A stretch of 64,000 nucleotides of DNA from the human T2T-CHM13v2.0 reference genome, Homo sapiens. Under the pieces are notes generated by a model. It was not told where the DNA came from. It made no database searches and saw only the letters and a program-made list of their open reading frames with translations. Shown in pieces: positions 61,183 to 64,000 of the stretch. The DNA lies in the NCBI RefSeq assembly GCF_009914755.1, contig NC_060938.1. One strand, 5' to 3'. Within the stretch, counting starts at the first letter, position 1. The number at the start of each line of letters is the position of its first letter. The translations under genes and the position numbers were made by a program.

Positions 61183-61820
61183 TGCAAGTTGGATCACTTT
61201 CTTTGTGGGAGTCTGATGGACTGAGGAGGGCTATCTAACTATTAAGCATTAGCAGTATGCAGTATGGTGCAGCAGTTCTGTATCAAGAATTCCTGTGTAG
61301 AGTTTTTATGTGCATTCAATGCATTGATGGTTTCATTTATTGACTTTGCAGGCATTTATGAAGTTCTTACTGTATACCTGTTATCATAACTGGCACTGAA
61401 AACATAGAAAAAATAAAAGACCAGAATAGTTCCCAAAGGAATCAAATTTCATACTTGTATCTTCGTGGACACTGATACAATGCTAATCTCTTTCCTGGTC
61501 AGTCCAGAGCTTTGCTGATCTATAGACTCAATCACAAGATGCCTATTTCAAGTTGAAAGTGGATGAGAAATTCTGGTTGTGGGTATGCTTGTCCTTATGT
61601 GGAAGATGCCAGTCATTCTCTCTTTTGTCATTTAACCTATGTTGTCATATCCCTAACGATCTCTGACCTTGCAGCCCTTAAAAAGAATGATGCAATGCTA
61701 TATATGCTAGGCATGGAAAGATGTCCTAGATACAATATTCAGTGAAAAAAGCAAGTTTCAGGATAGTATATAGGGTATAAAACCGTTTTTTTTTTTTGTT
61801 TTTGAAGTACTGGAGAAATG

Positions 61821-61986
61821 TTGTTCTGGGACCAGCAGCATGAGCATTACCTGGGAACTTGTTGGAAATGCAAATGCTTAGGCCTCACCCCAGACCTACT
61901 GCATCAGAAACTCTCAGTATGGGTTTGGGAATCATGAACATGACCCCCAGGTGGTCCCAATGAATGCTCAAGTTGAAGACCTGCTG
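61821..61986 (+). mobile_element. MER5A
   Basis: ggaccagcagcatgagcattacctgggaacttgtt..aaatgcaaat...ccccagacctactg..tcagaaactct. Confidence 0.85.
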
Positions 61987-62264
61987 CTCTAGCGTGTACA
62001 GTGTCCCAGTATTGTTTGTTACTGTATATAGTATCCTAAGGTCTAGTGTGGGTTTGTCACAGCTTTATAACTGGCTTATAGTTACAGTCCCTGTAAATGA
62101 ATTGCTTGTTATAAAGAATTTTGATTACATTATTTTTGGTTTATTGTATTTGTATATACATTTCCTTTACAAAATCAGTAAAATACAAAATCAACAAATT
62201 ATAGGTACTGGAAAAAATGCTGCTGACTATATGAAAACAATCTCTAGATGGCTGTACATTAAGC

Positions 62265-62408
62265 CAGTGCTTTTCAGACTCTGATTTACATACAGATCAC
62301 TTGGGGGATCTTGTGAAAATGCAAGACTGGATTAAGGCCTGAGGTCCTGCATTTCCAACCAGCTCCAGGTCAGTGCTGCTGTTCTATGGGTCACATTTTG
62401 AATAGCAA
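62265..62408. mobile_element. MER5A1-like element
   Basis: atcacttgggggatcttgtgaaaatgca...cacattttgaatagcaag. Confidence 0.65.
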
Positions 62409-62759
62409 GCCACTAAAATGTTATCCATAGTTATTGTTGGAAGGTCAAATGGTGGGGAGTTATGCTTTGTACATTTCACCTTTGCGCATTATTTTTTAAA
62501 AATATTTTTTACAAGTAACTATATTCAGAGAAAGGATGAAAGATTTTTAAAGTCTTTCACCAGAATTTGCCTTACTTTGACATCTCTCTGCTATGCAGGC
62601 TTAGCCTTGAAACACATTTCCAAGAGTGAAGCAAAAGGAAACTCATTTATTGGCCCTAGAAATCCCCCCACTGATACTGTAGATATGAATGTTAAAAAGC
62701 AGTGGTGATAGGTATAGAGGGAAGTAGGAAGAAATTCATATTAGCTGGAATTTTTTTAG

Positions 62760-63215
62760 TGCCAGTATTAGAAATCTAATTGAAATGGGCTTAAGGAGAT
62801 AAAGGACATTTTTAAGAAATCTGAGGGAAATGCTTGCTTTCGTCATGGCTGAATGAAGTGTTCAAACGATGTAGTAACGAGATCTGCTTTCTTCTGCAGT
62901 GGCTTTATCTTCAGGCAGTTCCTCTTTCCCTAGGGTGGCCACCAGCAGCCCTAGGCTCTGCTTCTATGATTAGAAACCACAGCAGAATGAGAACCTCCCT
63001 TCCCAGCAAAAATTCCAGGGACGACTCCCATTGGCAGGAGCCCGTCTCTGAAATTTTCGCAGTAACTTTGATTGGCTAGACTTGGCCACAGGCCCACTTC
63101 TGAAGAAGTCTGGGGGTGGTGTCAACAACATCCACGACAGCTGAGAGGAAGGGGTGATTCCCCAAAGGAAAATCAAAGTTTTGATACAAAAACAAGATGG
63201 AATAGATGTAAAACT
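62760..63215 (-). mobile_element. MLT1K-like LTR
   Basis: tggccaccagcagc...tgattggctagacttggccaca...ttccccaaaggaaaatcaa. Confidence 0.7.
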
Positions 63216-64000
63216 GAGAGATGGTGTTCTGTTATTGTGCCAGTCTTCCAGCCCAATCCTTTCATTTTGCTTATTTGGAAATCAGTTTAAGGGATTTATT
63301 CAAGGTCACATGGGTAGTCAACAGCAGAGCAAGACTTAACAACTTCTGCCCTATTTCTACATCCTCTCTACTGTAGTACTACCACCTTCTTGGAAACTAG
63401 GAATGAATCAAACATGGAGCTTCTATAATGCTTGCCTTATCTTTGAAATGTCTTCTTAAATACTGTATTTCATGATATTGAATTTAAAGGAACTCTAATT
63501 GCACATCTCTCATCTTTGACTCTCCTACATTGACTGCCTGGAGTAAGAAAGCCACATTCTTTCTGTGATAGTAATCCTTGCTACTCCTTTCCTCTTTGGG
63601 GAAACAAGTCAAAGCTTGACAAAGTGTAGCTGCTGATCTATTTGAACGAAGTTCGATCCCTAACCAGTGATCCCATGAATGAGGTGGATGCCCTATGGAT
63701 GGAGAAGCTCACACCGGCCTCTGCTTTTTTTGTGGTATATTTTATCCCGAGAGCTTGATTAATAATCTAGACTGGGTCCTCCCTTTGGGTGGGTATGTTG
63801 CCCTCCCAATTTTCCCAGGCACAGCAATATCTCTGCAGACAGGTACGGGCATGCATCAGAAATCTGGAGGCTCGCCCAAAAAGTTATGTCTGCTGTTTGT
63901 GAAGGGGCAATGTAGCAATTATATGAGTAATGCAGTGGCAGATCTTCTATGAGAAATTAAAACTGGAGAAAGAGGGCTTTCCTCCTTGAAGGAAGGGTGT

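Noticed and set aside
62930-62952. CTCF motif tggccaccagcagccct
   Set aside because: Lacks the G-rich 3' half and lies inside an MLT1 LTR.

Overview
Repeat-rich, CpG-depleted great-ape (probably human) genomic DNA; the clade is indicated by a full-length SVA plus AluY/S/J, L1PA, THE1 and MST elements. It is intronic or intergenic: I recognise no intact protein-coding gene, RNA gene or CRISPR array, and most track ORFs are repeat-derived or unsupported. The only gene-derived sequence is a near full-length processed pseudogene of SET (TAF-I alpha isoform; 10775-14120, +) with three stops, a frameshift and degenerate target-site duplications (TSDs). The most unusual structure is in its 3' UTR: an AluSc8-like element fused directly to an L1PA6-like 3' end, with one shared 15-bp TSD, i.e. 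an Alu-L1 chimeric retrotranscript. Other points: a perfect 33-bp triplication in the pseudogene acidic tail, local templated duplications (inverted 7816/8349, dispersed 51553/53537, tandem 59174), a nested HAL1/L1ME/SVA/Alu stack with close inverted AluY pairs, three candidate + strand exons and one enhancer-like unique segment. I see no convincing new biological system. Subfamily calls come from remembered consensus sequences, and boundaries of old repeats are approximate.
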